From Klebsiella phage KP13-16, in the sequence record OP617741.1: a DNA stretch of 64,000 bases; one strand, written 5' to 3'. The notes beneath the pieces were generated by a model. The model was not told the origin of the DNA and made no database searches. It saw only the letters and a program-made list of their open reading frames with translations. Positions 29,181 to 38,136 of this stretch are shown in pieces (positions within the stretch are counted from its first letter, which is position 1; each line of letters starts with the position of its first letter). The translations under genes and the position numbers were made by a program.

Positions 29181-29720
29181 TTAATGTAGTTCGATATCGT
29201 TGGGGAACATCTCAACGTACTCCTCGCCATTTTCATCAATTCGATACGGAAGCATTTCAACATGACCATTAGAGTACGTTGTTAAAACGCCGTCTTCCTT
29301 TAATTCTTGAAGGACGATTCTTATCTTCTCAGCCTCCACCTCGATGCCAGCGGCGGCGAGCGATACCAGTACTTCATCCACTTTGTAGACCATTTCGTTG
29401 TGATAGTCGTTGAATCCTTTGCGAAACTGCGTGATGTGACGCTGAGGCAGCTTCACGGTGCGGGACTCCAGCTCGGCGATGCGCTGCTGCGCCTTCTCCA
29501 GCTTTTCACTGACAGCGGTAGCTGTTTTTCTCCACGTTGCGCAAATACGTTTCTCTGATTCCAGTGCCTCTACCAGCGCGAGGATATTTTCCGGCGTTAC
29601 AATTCTTTCCCAGATTTCAGAAGTTTCGGAGACATCTCGGCAAATCATCTCTCTATCTGCTGCCGCTTTCAGGCTCTGCGCCAGTTCGGTGATATCAGTC
29701 ATTGCTGTCTTCCTCATCAT
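29181..29720 (-). CDS. hypothetical protein (GC-rich, likely horizontally acquired)
   Basis: 179 aa, helical, GC-rich codons (GCG/CGC/CTG-rich). Confidence 0.5.
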   Translation of the reverse strand: MMRKTAMTDITELAQSLKAAADREMICRDVSETSEIWERIVTPENILALVEALESEKRICATWRKTATAVSEKLEKAQQRIAELESRTVKLPQRHITQFRKGFNDYHNEMVYKVDEVLVSLAAAGIEVEAEKIRIVLQELKEDGVLTTYSNGHVEMLPYRIDENGEEYVEMFPNDIELH

Positions 29721-29955
29721 ATTTCCACTTACAATCTTCAGCAGTTGCTTTTATATCCAGGGAGCAATTCTTGCATATTGCTTCTTCAGAACGTTGTTTA
29801 GTTCCTTCACGAAGAATAATTCTTGGCATATTCTCTTTATCTTTGCGAGAATCATACTGGAAAGCTGTTTTGCAAACAAGACATTTCCAAGGTGTAATTA
29901 CATATTTTTCAATCTTTTTCTTTTCTTTGAAATCAAAACTGATAACTTCACCCAT
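29695..29955 (-). CDS. small zinc-ribbon protein
   Basis: CLVC...CKNC gives a CxxC...CxxC pair. Confidence 0.5.
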   Translation of the reverse strand: MGEVISFDFKEKKKIEKYVITPWKCLVCKTAFQYDSRKDKENMPRIILREGTKQRSEEAICKNCSLDIKATAEDCKWKYDEEDSND

Positions 29956-30367
29956 TGAAATACTCCTCGTTAAATTTAATACGATTAGTAGATGTTTGCC
30001 AGTGTTTCTTCTTTTTGTTCCACTGAAGATAAATCTTAACCAGAGGAGAAGAGTTGACAGCTTCTTTTAGATCAAACGTATAACTCTTAACATAATGTAC
30101 ATGCATTTGAGGAACTTGGTAAAATCCTTTATCACCAATAAGAAAGAAACCAGTATTATGCAAAATTACTGCATCTTTCCAGGTAAGTTCCTTTGGAAAA
30201 CGTTTATCCTCTCCTTTGTAAGTAAAGGTAGTTCCGTTCTTATTCTTGTAAACATAGTTTAGAGAATCCATGAACATTCCCAGACTTGCCAGTTGCAATC
30301 CTACCGTAGACAACTCTTCTTTTGATTCTGACAGGATCTGTTTCAGAGAGATAATTAATGATTTCAT
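29948..30367 (-). CDS. hypothetical protein
   Basis: 139 aa. Confidence 0.45.
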   Translation of the reverse strand: MKSLIISLKQILSESKEELSTVGLQLASLGMFMDSLNYVYKNKNGTTFTYKGEDKRFPKELTWKDAVILHNTGFFLIGDKGFYQVPQMHVHYVKSYTFDLKEAVNSSPLVKIYLQWNKKKKHWQTSTNRIKFNEEYFNG

Positions 30368-30591
30368 AATTGTTCCCCTGTTAAAACATCAACAAATGGT
30401 TTAAAAGAATCATCAACAATTGTTGAATTTAAATATTCACAAATGGATTTTATCATTCCTGCATGTGTTACCGGTTCACCTTCATATGAAGTTTCAAAGT
30501 GAAAATACTCAAATTTCAACTTTTTGCCATCGAAAGTGATATGACCAAATTGTTCAACTTTCATGCAATTCCCCTTATTTATTTTTACCAA
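30364..30591 (-). CDS. hypothetical protein
   Basis: 75 aa. Confidence 0.4.
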   Translation of the reverse strand: MVKINKGNCMKVEQFGHITFDGKKLKFEYFHFETSYEGEPVTHAGMIKSICEYLNSTIVDDSFKPFVDVLTGEQL

Positions 30592-31399
30592 GATACCACA
30601 TCAGAAATTTAAAGTTAATCTGATATTCTTTAATCTTATGATAACCTTCACTTAAGCAACCATAGTATAATTTCTGGATGAACTCAATGTCAAGGTCTTT
30701 AATAACTTTTTCAAATTCCGCAGGATCACGGCTCATCAGGAACTTAATAGGACGCACAATCAGATGGTGGTTCTTTTCTGCTGTCAATGCGACATAATCT
30801 CGTGCATCACGGATCCCGGCAAAGTTCAATGCTGCTTCAATATTAGCATCTACTGCACCTTTTGTGTACTTAGCATAGTACAGGAAATATGCATCATTTT
30901 TAATTTCATTCTGATCCAAGATTTCAATCAGTTTGTCTTCATGCGTCCCAGTGATATTGACGTCGTCGATAAAAATGAGTTTCTTACCTTCAAGAAAACC
31001 TTTGTTCAAATGGAACACATCTCCATCAATCAAAGCTTTACGCTTCTCTTTATCGAGGAAACCATAGTCGTTAATATAAGAAACTTTACGATTAATGACA
31101 GACCATTCGAGATTTGAACCACCATGAGAAACCAACAGGTCATTCATACGATCCATGAAATGTTCAGACATGATTGTTGCAGCATTCTTAACTTGATTAT
31201 AAGGTGATGGAATAACTACACCTTTGTGTTCAATAAAATCATCACCATAATGCTTGAAGAATGAGTCTGCAAGATCATAACCAAATTCTTTAGCTACTTT
31301 ATCACTACCAAACTTCAAACGAGAATATTTCTCAGGTGAAAATGGTGCAGATTTCAGTTCAGAAAAAGCGTGAGTAAAGAATTGAGTTTCATTACGCAT
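30575..31399 (-). CDS. phosphoribosyltransferase-like (PRTase/Prs-like) protein
   Basis: KKLIFIDDVNITGTHEDKL matches the PRPP-binding loop hhhhDDhhxTGxT of type I PRTases. Confidence 0.55.
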   Translation of the reverse strand: MRNETQFFTHAFSELKSAPFSPEKYSRLKFGSDKVAKEFGYDLADSFFKHYGDDFIEHKGVVIPSPYNQVKNAATIMSEHFMDRMNDLLVSHGGSNLEWSVINRKVSYINDYGFLDKEKRKALIDGDVFHLNKGFLEGKKLIFIDDVNITGTHEDKLIEILDQNEIKNDAYFLYYAKYTKGAVDANIEAALNFAGIRDARDYVALTAEKNHHLIVRPIKFLMSRDPAEFEKVIKDLDIEFIQKLYYGCLSEGYHKIKEYQINFKFLMWYLGKNK

Positions 31400-32049
31400 T
31401 AGATTACTTCTCCATTAATAAGTTTGTTTAAAAGGTCTTCAGGGTTTTTAATATGGCAGAACTTAAATCCTAAGTCAACACATTTTCCATCAAAAACTTC
31501 ACTATCCCCAATGTGCAAAATTTCGTAGTTTGCTAGGTTAGACAGCTTACTAGAAAGCAGAGTTTTAGCAAAGAATAAAATGTCTGGTTTACAAAGCAGA
31601 TGTTCATCCGAGAAATGCATAAAACTCCACCAGGGCATTCTATCAAAGCCTACAGCTTCAGACAAGATCCTTCCTGAAATAAAGTTAGTATTGCTTTTAA
31701 TACTCAGTTCATACTTGTCATCAAGGCTTATTAATTGGTCAACTAAATCTTCATTTAAACGTGGTGAGAATGCAAGAAAAGCTTCTTCACATTCGCGTTG
31801 CATTTGAGTAATTGCTTTTGGTTCCATGTTTAAATTTTTACCTAAAACATGCCAAGCAGTCGAGGTAAAACTACAAATACCTTTTTCTGCGTTTTGGTCT
31901 AAATATTTCTTTACTTTCCTATACATTGTACCTGCTTCACGATCAGTTACATTTGCATACTTTGCAATTATTTTAGTACGAATTTCACTATATAAAGGAT
32001 TTGCAGTAATCAAAGTATTCCATACGTCAAAAGAGATATGCTTAATCAT
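31399..32049 (-). CDS. HAD-like hydrolase
   Basis: N-terminal FDVWNTL is a variant motif I. C-terminal HIGDSEVFD is motif IV (GDxxxD). Confidence 0.45.
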   Translation of the reverse strand: MIKHISFDVWNTLITANPLYSEIRTKIIAKYANVTDREAGTMYRKVKKYLDQNAEKGICSFTSTAWHVLGKNLNMEPKAITQMQRECEEAFLAFSPRLNEDLVDQLISLDDKYELSIKSNTNFISGRILSEAVGFDRMPWWSFMHFSDEHLLCKPDILFFAKTLLSSKLSNLANYEILHIGDSEVFDGKCVDLGFKFCHIKNPEDLLNKLINGEVI

Positions 32050-32324
32050 TATTTTTCTCCAGATGTTTTAAGATCTTGTAAGATTTCTTTGCCTAGTAAT
32101 GAAAGTCTTATACTATACCAACTAGATTTAAGTTTCAAACAATCACTACAAAATTCTACTAGACCTTTTTTATAGAGCACAGGGATTGATTTACAGTTTA
32201 CCCTATCTACGGAGTATCTTACACTTCGATCTTCTTCACCTTTGAGACCATCACCTCTCATGAAGTATCTTGTACCAGAATTCATTCTACGTAAAGTGTA
32301 GATTTGTGCATCTGATAATTTCAT
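32049..32324 (-). CDS. hypothetical protein
   Basis: 91 aa, basic. Confidence 0.4.
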   Translation of the reverse strand: MKLSDAQIYTLRRMNSGTRYFMRGDGLKGEEDRSVRYSVDRVNCKSIPVLYKKGLVEFCSDCLKLKSSWYSIRLSLLGKEILQDLKTSGEK

Positions 32325-32326
32325 TA

Positions 32327-32632
32327 TTAAGCTGCTCCATTACAGGTAAAGAAAAAGTCATAGAATTCGGCTATGATTCCATCATCCATATAATCCTCAA
32401 TACCACCTAGAGCACCATCCTCTTCCCAATTATCAAGGCCAGCCCTAGCACCTTTAAGTGCACAAGCCCAAGCTATCGCATACTGATCTTCTGAACAGTT
32501 ATTCTTAATCTCATTGGCGTATTCAAATATCTTTGTAGCAGAGATTTCAGTAGTGAACTCATTAAAGATATTAAATTCTTCACTTTTGAAAATGAAATCT
32601 TCTGCTTGAAAACCCAGTGTACGTTTCATCAA
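32327..32632 (-). CDS. hypothetical protein
   Basis: 101 aa, acidic. Confidence 0.4.
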   Translation of the reverse strand: MMKRTLGFQAEDFIFKSEEFNIFNEFTTEISATKIFEYANEIKNNCSEDQYAIAWACALKGARAGLDNWEEDGALGGIEDYMDDGIIAEFYDFFFTCNGAA

Positions 32633-32676
32633 TAAGCCCTCTTATGTTTTGATGAACTGATTATGCCACATTCAAA

Positions 32677-33252
32677 TCAAAAAGCAACACCTTTTTTAAA
32701 GTTTCTTTCTATTGCTAGAGATGCCCTTGGTTCAGCAAGACCTGTACCATACACGTAAGGGATACCTTTTGGTGAGATTCTTTCTCCAAAACTTCCTAAC
32801 TCTAAGTCTCCGTACATCACATCATAACCAATATCTGTTTGAATGATGTCTGTTTTTAGATCAAACTCTAGGAAAAACAGAGACATTCTTTTAGCCCAGA
32901 AAACTGAATAATCTACTGGACCTTTAGGGTTATAATCAAAAATTTCTAATTTTAAAAAGATGTTAAAATGAGTCTCATCAAGAATTGGTTCGTCTCTATA
33001 ACAAGGCGTCAATGCAATAAGCGGTTTAATCCCATCTGTTATCTCTCCATCTTTCTCTAGCTGAAGGAAAGATTGTTCTGCACTGGCAACGTATTGTTTA
33101 CCATTGTAGTGTGTCATTCTACGATCTACAACACCAGGTGGACAAGTCCACTTCATAATATCTGGGTCCACTAAGTATGGTACGCTTGATAAAACACAAT
33201 CTGTGCTATACCAATCAATAGCTTTTTGAATCAAGTCGAGGTTTATGTTCAT
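32677..33252 (-). CDS. hypothetical protein
   Basis: 191 aa. Confidence 0.45.
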   Translation of the reverse strand: MNINLDLIQKAIDWYSTDCVLSSVPYLVDPDIMKWTCPPGVVDRRMTHYNGKQYVASAEQSFLQLEKDGEITDGIKPLIALTPCYRDEPILDETHFNIFLKLEIFDYNPKGPVDYSVFWAKRMSLFFLEFDLKTDIIQTDIGYDVMYGDLELGSFGERISPKGIPYVYGTGLAEPRASLAIERNFKKGVAF

Positions 33253-33500
33253 GATCGATGACCTTCTTTAAACGCACGTTTTGTGATATCTGAGAACTTT
33301 TTAAGATCTGCAATCTTCATGTCAGGAAAGTTTTCTTCCATGAAACCTTCAATAGCACCGTATAAATCAGAGAGTTCTACCAACATCATAATGTAGCTAC
33401 CTTGTTGATGTGCATCTAGAAGTTCTTCTACTTCCTCCTGAATCTTACCTAATGATCCATAACGACGTTTTTCAATTTCTTTAATGTGATAACCAGCCAT
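33249..33500 (-). CDS. MazG/HisE-like all-alpha NTP pyrophosphohydrolase
   Basis: EEVEEL (an EExxE motif) and ELSDLYGAI (an ExxD motif) are spaced as in MazG/PRA-PH folds. 83 aa. Confidence 0.45.
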   Translation of the reverse strand: MAGYHIKEIEKRRYGSLGKIQEEVEELLDAHQQGSYIMMLVELSDLYGAIEGFMEENFPDMKIADLKKFSDITKRAFKEGHRS

Positions 33501-33512
33501 TTTTAATCTCCA

Positions 33513-34022
33513 TTATGTATCTGATTTTGGAACATAGAAATCATGGTCTTTATAGCTTGCAACCTTTTTCATTGATTTTAACCAAGCTACTCTTGTACCT
33601 CTCTTGACATAAAAGATAGCACCTTTAGTTCGGTCGTGCAATACCCTCAGAGAAGGATCTTCATTCTCTAATAAAATCAAAAATTTAGCTAAGTTTTTAG
33701 CTTTATTCCAGGTGTCTTTTTCATAAATTCTTACAGGACTTCCTGTTAAGTATGAAAATTGATTCTTTTGATAAACTACTTTTTTGATTTTAGAGGGGTA
33801 ATCTTCATGATTTTTCCTATTTAAAATTACATTACCTACCATCAACATACCTTTTTCACCCTCTCCACGTGCCTCAGCATACATAGAGCACGCCAGAACG
33901 AGCGTGGTTGAATCTTTCTTAGTGCAGGTGTGTAATGGCTTATCTTTACTTGAAGTGCTCGCAGCAGCGTTCTGAAGCGCTAGTATCGCTGTCAACAAAA
34001 TCATTGGCAGTTTCTTTAGCAA
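33513..34022 (-). CDS. secreted SleB-like cell wall hydrolase
   Basis: Signal peptide MLKKLPMILLTAILALQNAAAS. CSMYAEARGEGEKGMLMVGNVILNR is a Hydrolase_2/SleB-like motif. TTG start with AAGGAGG. Confidence 0.65.
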   Translation of the reverse strand: MLKKLPMILLTAILALQNAAASTSSKDKPLHTCTKKDSTTLVLACSMYAEARGEGEKGMLMVGNVILNRKNHEDYPSKIKKVVYQKNQFSYLTGSPVRIYEKDTWNKAKNLAKFLILLENEDPSLRVLHDRTKGAIFYVKRGTRVAWLKSMKKVASYKDHDFYVPKSDT

Positions 34023-34044
34023 AAGTCCTCCTTATATTTTAAAA

Positions 34045-34075
34045 ATAGTAAAGGGGCAATTAGCCCCTTTTAGTC
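34045..34075 (-). terminator. rho-independent terminator (GGGGC-aatta-GCCCC)
   Basis: Perfect 5-bp GC stem flanked by aaa/ttt. A U-run follows on the minus-strand transcript. Confidence 0.5.
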
Positions 34076-34086
34076 AATATAAAATT

Positions 34087-35163
34087 TTATACACTACGTA
34101 ATGCATCCTCCATATCTACCAAAGATTTTTCAATTTTTTTGGCATTTTCTTTACGTACATTATTACCATTCTTATCAATCTCTACAACTTCTTTTATAGA
34201 ATTGATAATGACATTAGTAGCTTCTACCATAATATCTACATCAGCAATCCCTCTTTGATTTGCTTTAGCTGAATCTACCATATTTTGTCCTACCTGTTTA
34301 GCAGTTTCTTGAATTAAGTTGTTAGTAAAATCATCCATAACTTTTGCTTGAGCAATTTGTTGTCGCTGATTTTCTGCGTTTAATGCCAGGGACATTTTCT
34401 TTTCCCAGTATGGGATTGTTAACTCAAGAATATCATTGAACTTATTCACATTATTGAAGTTGGTAACTTGCATCATACGTATCTCTGGTGCAGCAATAGC
34501 ACTCAGTTGGTGCATTTTATTTACTTTATCTGCTTGTTTACTTAGTGCATTAACTTTCATTCGAGTTTCTTCGATTTGATCTACAGAGGCATTTGTATTA
34601 ATTAAGTTTTGTAGGTAACTCTCAGCTTGTTCAAGTGCATCATTAACAAGAATTTTATTTTGCTCCCACATACGAACTTCTTCAAGGTTTGCCTTATACA
34701 TAGATTCTAACCACTTACCTTCTTCTTCCATTTCAATAAGTTTCGTCTTAAGGTTAGCTGCAACATCTGTAATTTGTTTACGCACAGTAGTAAATTGAGC
34801 TTTCACTTCAGCTTTACGATCAATAAACTTATTACGTAAACTTTTTAAGAAACCAACTTTGCCATCAGCTAAAGAACCAATATCTACTTTTTCAGATAGG
34901 GCCATAATTTGAGTAAAGCCTTGTGCCATTACACCACTATCTGCAACAAGAGTTTTAGATAAGATTTGATTATTAATTTCCGATTGTTTTGAATTTTTAA
35001 CAATACCAAAATTTTGAATTTCACTCAATTCCATTGCATAAGTATTACCTTCTGCATCTTTTAAAATAGGTAAAGATTTTACAGGCTGAGTAAATGTTGT
35101 AGAGTTTTTGTTTGCAACATTTTCAGCAGCTTGTGTTTTATTGAATAGATTACCATATGACAT
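34087..35163 (-). CDS. coiled-coil protein, possibly TelA-like
   Basis: 358 aa, long helical and Q/N/K/E-rich. TelA-like size, and its context is next to the TerD genes. Not motif-verified. Confidence 0.35.
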   Translation of the reverse strand: MSYGNLFNKTQAAENVANKNSTTFTQPVKSLPILKDAEGNTYAMELSEIQNFGIVKNSKQSEINNQILSKTLVADSGVMAQGFTQIMALSEKVDIGSLADGKVGFLKSLRNKFIDRKAEVKAQFTTVRKQITDVAANLKTKLIEMEEEGKWLESMYKANLEEVRMWEQNKILVNDALEQAESYLQNLINTNASVDQIEETRMKVNALSKQADKVNKMHQLSAIAAPEIRMMQVTNFNNVNKFNDILELTIPYWEKKMSLALNAENQRQQIAQAKVMDDFTNNLIQETAKQVGQNMVDSAKANQRGIADVDIMVEATNVIINSIKEVVEIDKNGNNVRKENAKKIEKSLVDMEDALRSV

Positions 35164-35173
35164 AATTTAATCC

Positions 35174-36052
35174 TCAAAGTTTATCAATATCATTAATCAC
35201 GTTAAGCGCTTCAGAATCTAAAGTGCTACTCATTAAGGTTTGGATCTTAGCATACAAAAATGGAATTGTCATGTTTTTTAAGTTCTCGTATGCTTCAAGA
35301 TCTTTCTCAAGAAGTTGGTAAGTATTTTTTAATTGCAATTCTGAAATACTTATTAAACCACTTACTTGTTTTAATTTCTCTAATCTAACAGTTCCCTTAA
35401 AATCATCACTATTTATCATGTAAGTTGCAGCAACAATAGCACACTCCAGGTCACTTTTTAAATCCAAAATTTTAGCTTCTATAGATCTCATTTCTGATTT
35501 TAAAAACATGCTGGTGTTATATTTGGACTTGTTCTTAAATTGTTCCAAGTTTAATTTAATCTCTTGGATAACTTCGGTAATAATTTCCTGAGTTAACTTA
35601 AACTCCTCATTAGAACCTAAAATACGTGATAGTAGGCTAGGCTTCTTTTGCGGTCCCTTTAACTTGGAAACAGTCTGTTTTATATCATTGAAGAGGGTTT
35701 GTACTTGAAGTCTGCCACTAGTAAATTCCATTGCTAAATCTAACTCACATTGTGAAACTTCTTGATTGATGGTAGTGAGTTTCTTGAAGTTATTATCAAA
35801 ATTATCTATCCAGCTTATCACAGCATGGGTACTAATTTTAGCATCAATAGTTTGAATATCTTTTACTCGTGCATCAATTTGTTTTTCAGGGAAAACTGAT
35901 TTTATTTTAGTAACTTCGGGAACAGATACCGAATTGCCAAATATATTTTTATATGACATGTTTGATTCCTGTTTAGTTTGTTTTTGACTGTCAGAGAACA
36001 GATTAGAATAATCTTTTTGTTTATTGAAAAGGTTTTTATAGTCTGCACTCAT
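35174..36052 (-). CDS. coiled-coil paralog of the upstream gene
   Basis: It shares the N-terminal YKNLFNK / YKNIFGN repeat with 34087..35163. Confidence 0.35.
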   Translation of the reverse strand: MSADYKNLFNKQKDYSNLFSDSQKQTKQESNMSYKNIFGNSVSVPEVTKIKSVFPEKQIDARVKDIQTIDAKISTHAVISWIDNFDNNFKKLTTINQEVSQCELDLAMEFTSGRLQVQTLFNDIKQTVSKLKGPQKKPSLLSRILGSNEEFKLTQEIITEVIQEIKLNLEQFKNKSKYNTSMFLKSEMRSIEAKILDLKSDLECAIVAATYMINSDDFKGTVRLEKLKQVSGLISISELQLKNTYQLLEKDLEAYENLKNMTIPFLYAKIQTLMSSTLDSEALNVINDIDKL

Positions 36053-36065
36053 TTTAATCCCCTCC

Positions 36066-36095
36066 TAATAAAAGGTGGGCATCGGCCCACCTAAC
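36066..36095 (-). terminator. hairpin terminator/attenuator (GGTGGGC-atcg-GCCCACC)
   Basis: Perfect 7-bp stem. A U-run and then the RBS AGGAGG of the next gene follow. Confidence 0.5.
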
Positions 36096-36109
36096 AGTTT
36101 AAAATGATC

Positions 36110-36691
36110 TTATTGTACTTGGTAAAGTTCAATCCAGTCAGCAATACTCTTAGGGTATGCTGTACTAACGTTCTCTACTTCAAAACCCGTATCCGTGCGA
36201 TTAACAACCACAAACAAGATAGATGTATCATTACTTGAGAAAGTATTCATCTTAATTTCTGCAAGAAGTTCGTCTGTTTCATGATTAAGAATACGAACCG
36301 TGCCATCTTTCATTTGAGAAAGGTTCTGTTTACGTTCCTTAGCCTTATGAAGATCAACAATAATTGGAATATGTTTACCTTTTTCAGGAACTTTATCTAG
36401 GGTAATCAGGAGAGATTCACCGCCATCATCCCCATTTAAATCATCTCCAGAACTTTTGATTGCTGGAGTTTCCTGTTGGTTGAAGAAACAAAAGTGTTTA
36501 GAACCATCCACAGCCTTATTATCTTTGTCTACAATAACTGCAATTACATCAAGATCATAATCATAGCTCTTAAAGAAAGAACTCGTTTTCTCTGGTGCGT
36601 CCCAAGTCATTTCAACACGCAATACTTTCAAATCAGATGCTTGAAATTTATCTAGTGACAGCTTAGAACCTTTATCCAGACTTAAAACCAT
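36110..36691 (-). CDS. terD: TerD domain protein
   Basis: MVLSLDKGSKLSLDK...LKVLRVEMTWDAP and the 193-aa length are typical of TerD. Confidence 0.7.
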   Translation of the reverse strand: MVLSLDKGSKLSLDKFQASDLKVLRVEMTWDAPEKTSSFFKSYDYDLDVIAVIVDKDNKAVDGSKHFCFFNQQETPAIKSSGDDLNGDDGGESLLITLDKVPEKGKHIPIIVDLHKAKERKQNLSQMKDGTVRILNHETDELLAEIKMNTFSSNDTSILFVVVNRTDTGFEVENVSTAYPKSIADWIELYQVQ

Positions 36692-36711
36692 AATATTTTC
36701 TCCTGTTTTCG

Positions 36712-36747
36712 AGATTAAAAAGTGGCACTATCTCCAATAGTGCCTTT
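36712..36747 (-). terminator. hairpin terminator/attenuator (GGCACTAT-ctcca-ATAGTGCC)
   Basis: Perfect 8-bp stem between the two TerD genes; a U-run follows on the transcript. Confidence 0.5.
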
Positions 36748-36753
36748 AACTAA

Positions 36754-37335
36754 TTAGTTAGTAAAAACACCTACCCATTCTTGAAAACTCTTATCATAAA
36801 ACTCATTTACTTGATTGTAAATAAAAGTTCCATCTGCTTGTTTCTCAAATACACCAACAAGAAGCGACTCATCTGTAGAAGAACCTTTTTCAGAGATATT
36901 ACAAGAACCAATAGTTTTACCTGAGTCAAGGTCACGAAGAACAACACTAGCACCATCTACCTGAGCAAAACTCTGATTTCGTGCTCGTGCATTGTAGATA
37001 TAAACCAAAACTGGAATACGATCTCCGTCTGAAGACACATTTTCAAGATTAATATCCAGGAACTCATCAACACCATCACCAATACCAGTTTGATTATCAG
37101 GGGAGACGTTAATTGCTTTAGTCTGTTTTTGCCCCCAGTATGCAACTTCACTAGCTGATACAGCTTGCAGATTTTCATTCTTACAGACTGCGCCAAGAAC
37201 ATCCAGATCAAAATCATGTGAAGATGAATTGGTATTAGGATTCCAGGATAACTCTACACGAACTCGTTTTAGTGGAGTTTTGCCATCTTCTTTAACCATT
37301 GGCAATGAAGAACCTTTTTCCAGATTAAGTGACAT
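36754..37335 (-). CDS. terD: TerD domain protein (paralog)
   Basis: MSLNLEKGSSLPM...LKRVRVELSWNP, 193 aa. Paralogous to 36110..36691. Confidence 0.7.
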   Translation of the reverse strand: MSLNLEKGSSLPMVKEDGKTPLKRVRVELSWNPNTNSSSHDFDLDVLGAVCKNENLQAVSASEVAYWGQKQTKAINVSPDNQTGIGDGVDEFLDINLENVSSDGDRIPVLVYIYNARARNQSFAQVDGASVVLRDLDSGKTIGSCNISEKGSSTDESLLVGVFEKQADGTFIYNQVNEFYDKSFQEWVGVFTN

Positions 37336-37402
37336 ATTTATTTCCTCTCTTAGTTATTCAGTTTAAATATTATATTCAAAGTAAAATTTAAAGTCAACTC
37401 TT

Positions 37403-38116
37403 TTAGGAGACCTTATTAATCCATGCTGCAAGTTCACCATCAATGATTGCATTATACATTTGCTCATCACTAATATTTAGATTGTTAAAATTAACAAATC
37501 CTACATTATCATAACGTTCAGCAATCTCACGAAGGAAAGTGAAGTAGCTATCTGGACCAACACCTACTGTCATCCAATATACAGGCTCATCTTTGATACT
37601 ATCAAGTAGTCGCAAAGTCTCAACCCGATCACTGTTAGAACCATCGGTAATAAAGAAAACAAGTGCGGGAATATCTGAATCTGTTACAGGGACAGTTTTG
37701 GCTTTACCAAAACCAAACAGACCTTTCTTCTCTTCTTTTCCAAAGTAATGATGATGAATGTCTTTCATCACTGGAGCATAATTAGTACCACCCCACTCGT
37801 TTTTATATTTACCCTTCATGATGACGTTGGAGATGTATCCACCATAGTTTTTAGGTGTTGCAGGTTCAACCTCCATTGAGCGAGTATGGAATAGCCAAGT
37901 ATCAATAGTACCATCATCATCCATATTTGCAGAGACTGGGAGGAGTCGATCAACCAACTCTTCAAATTGACCATTACGATAGAAATCTTCTGCTGATCCA
38001 CTTTTATCCAGTGCAAGCGCTACACGGAGACAAATATCCTTGCGTTGAACACCAGCTTTTTCCAGGGACAGTTTTACAGTCTCAGTACGTTTCTCAAGTG
38101 ATAGTTTATTACTCAT
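37403..38116 (-). CDS. vWA domain protein (TerY/TerF-like)
   Basis: The MIDAS motif DKSGS is present, with a downstream T and a ...ITDGSNSD segment. The N-terminus also carries TerD-like SLEK repeats. Confidence 0.6.
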   Translation of the reverse strand: MSNKLSLEKRTETVKLSLEKAGVQRKDICLRVALALDKSGSAEDFYRNGQFEELVDRLLPVSANMDDDGTIDTWLFHTRSMEVEPATPKNYGGYISNVIMKGKYKNEWGGTNYAPVMKDIHHHYFGKEEKKGLFGFGKAKTVPVTDSDIPALVFFITDGSNSDRVETLRLLDSIKDEPVYWMTVGVGPDSYFTFLREIAERYDNVGFVNFNNLNISDEQMYNAIIDGELAAWINKVS

Positions 38117-38136
38117 ATTAGTGTTTCTCCTCTAAA

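Noticed and set aside
30575-31399. Calling the PRTase-like protein a specific NAD-salvage enzyme (Nampt or PRPP/ADPR-PP synthetase)
   Set aside because: Only the generic PRPP-binding loop is visible. The N-terminal half shows no clear Prs (FSDGE/NDxLME) or Nampt signature, so the specific assignment is left open.
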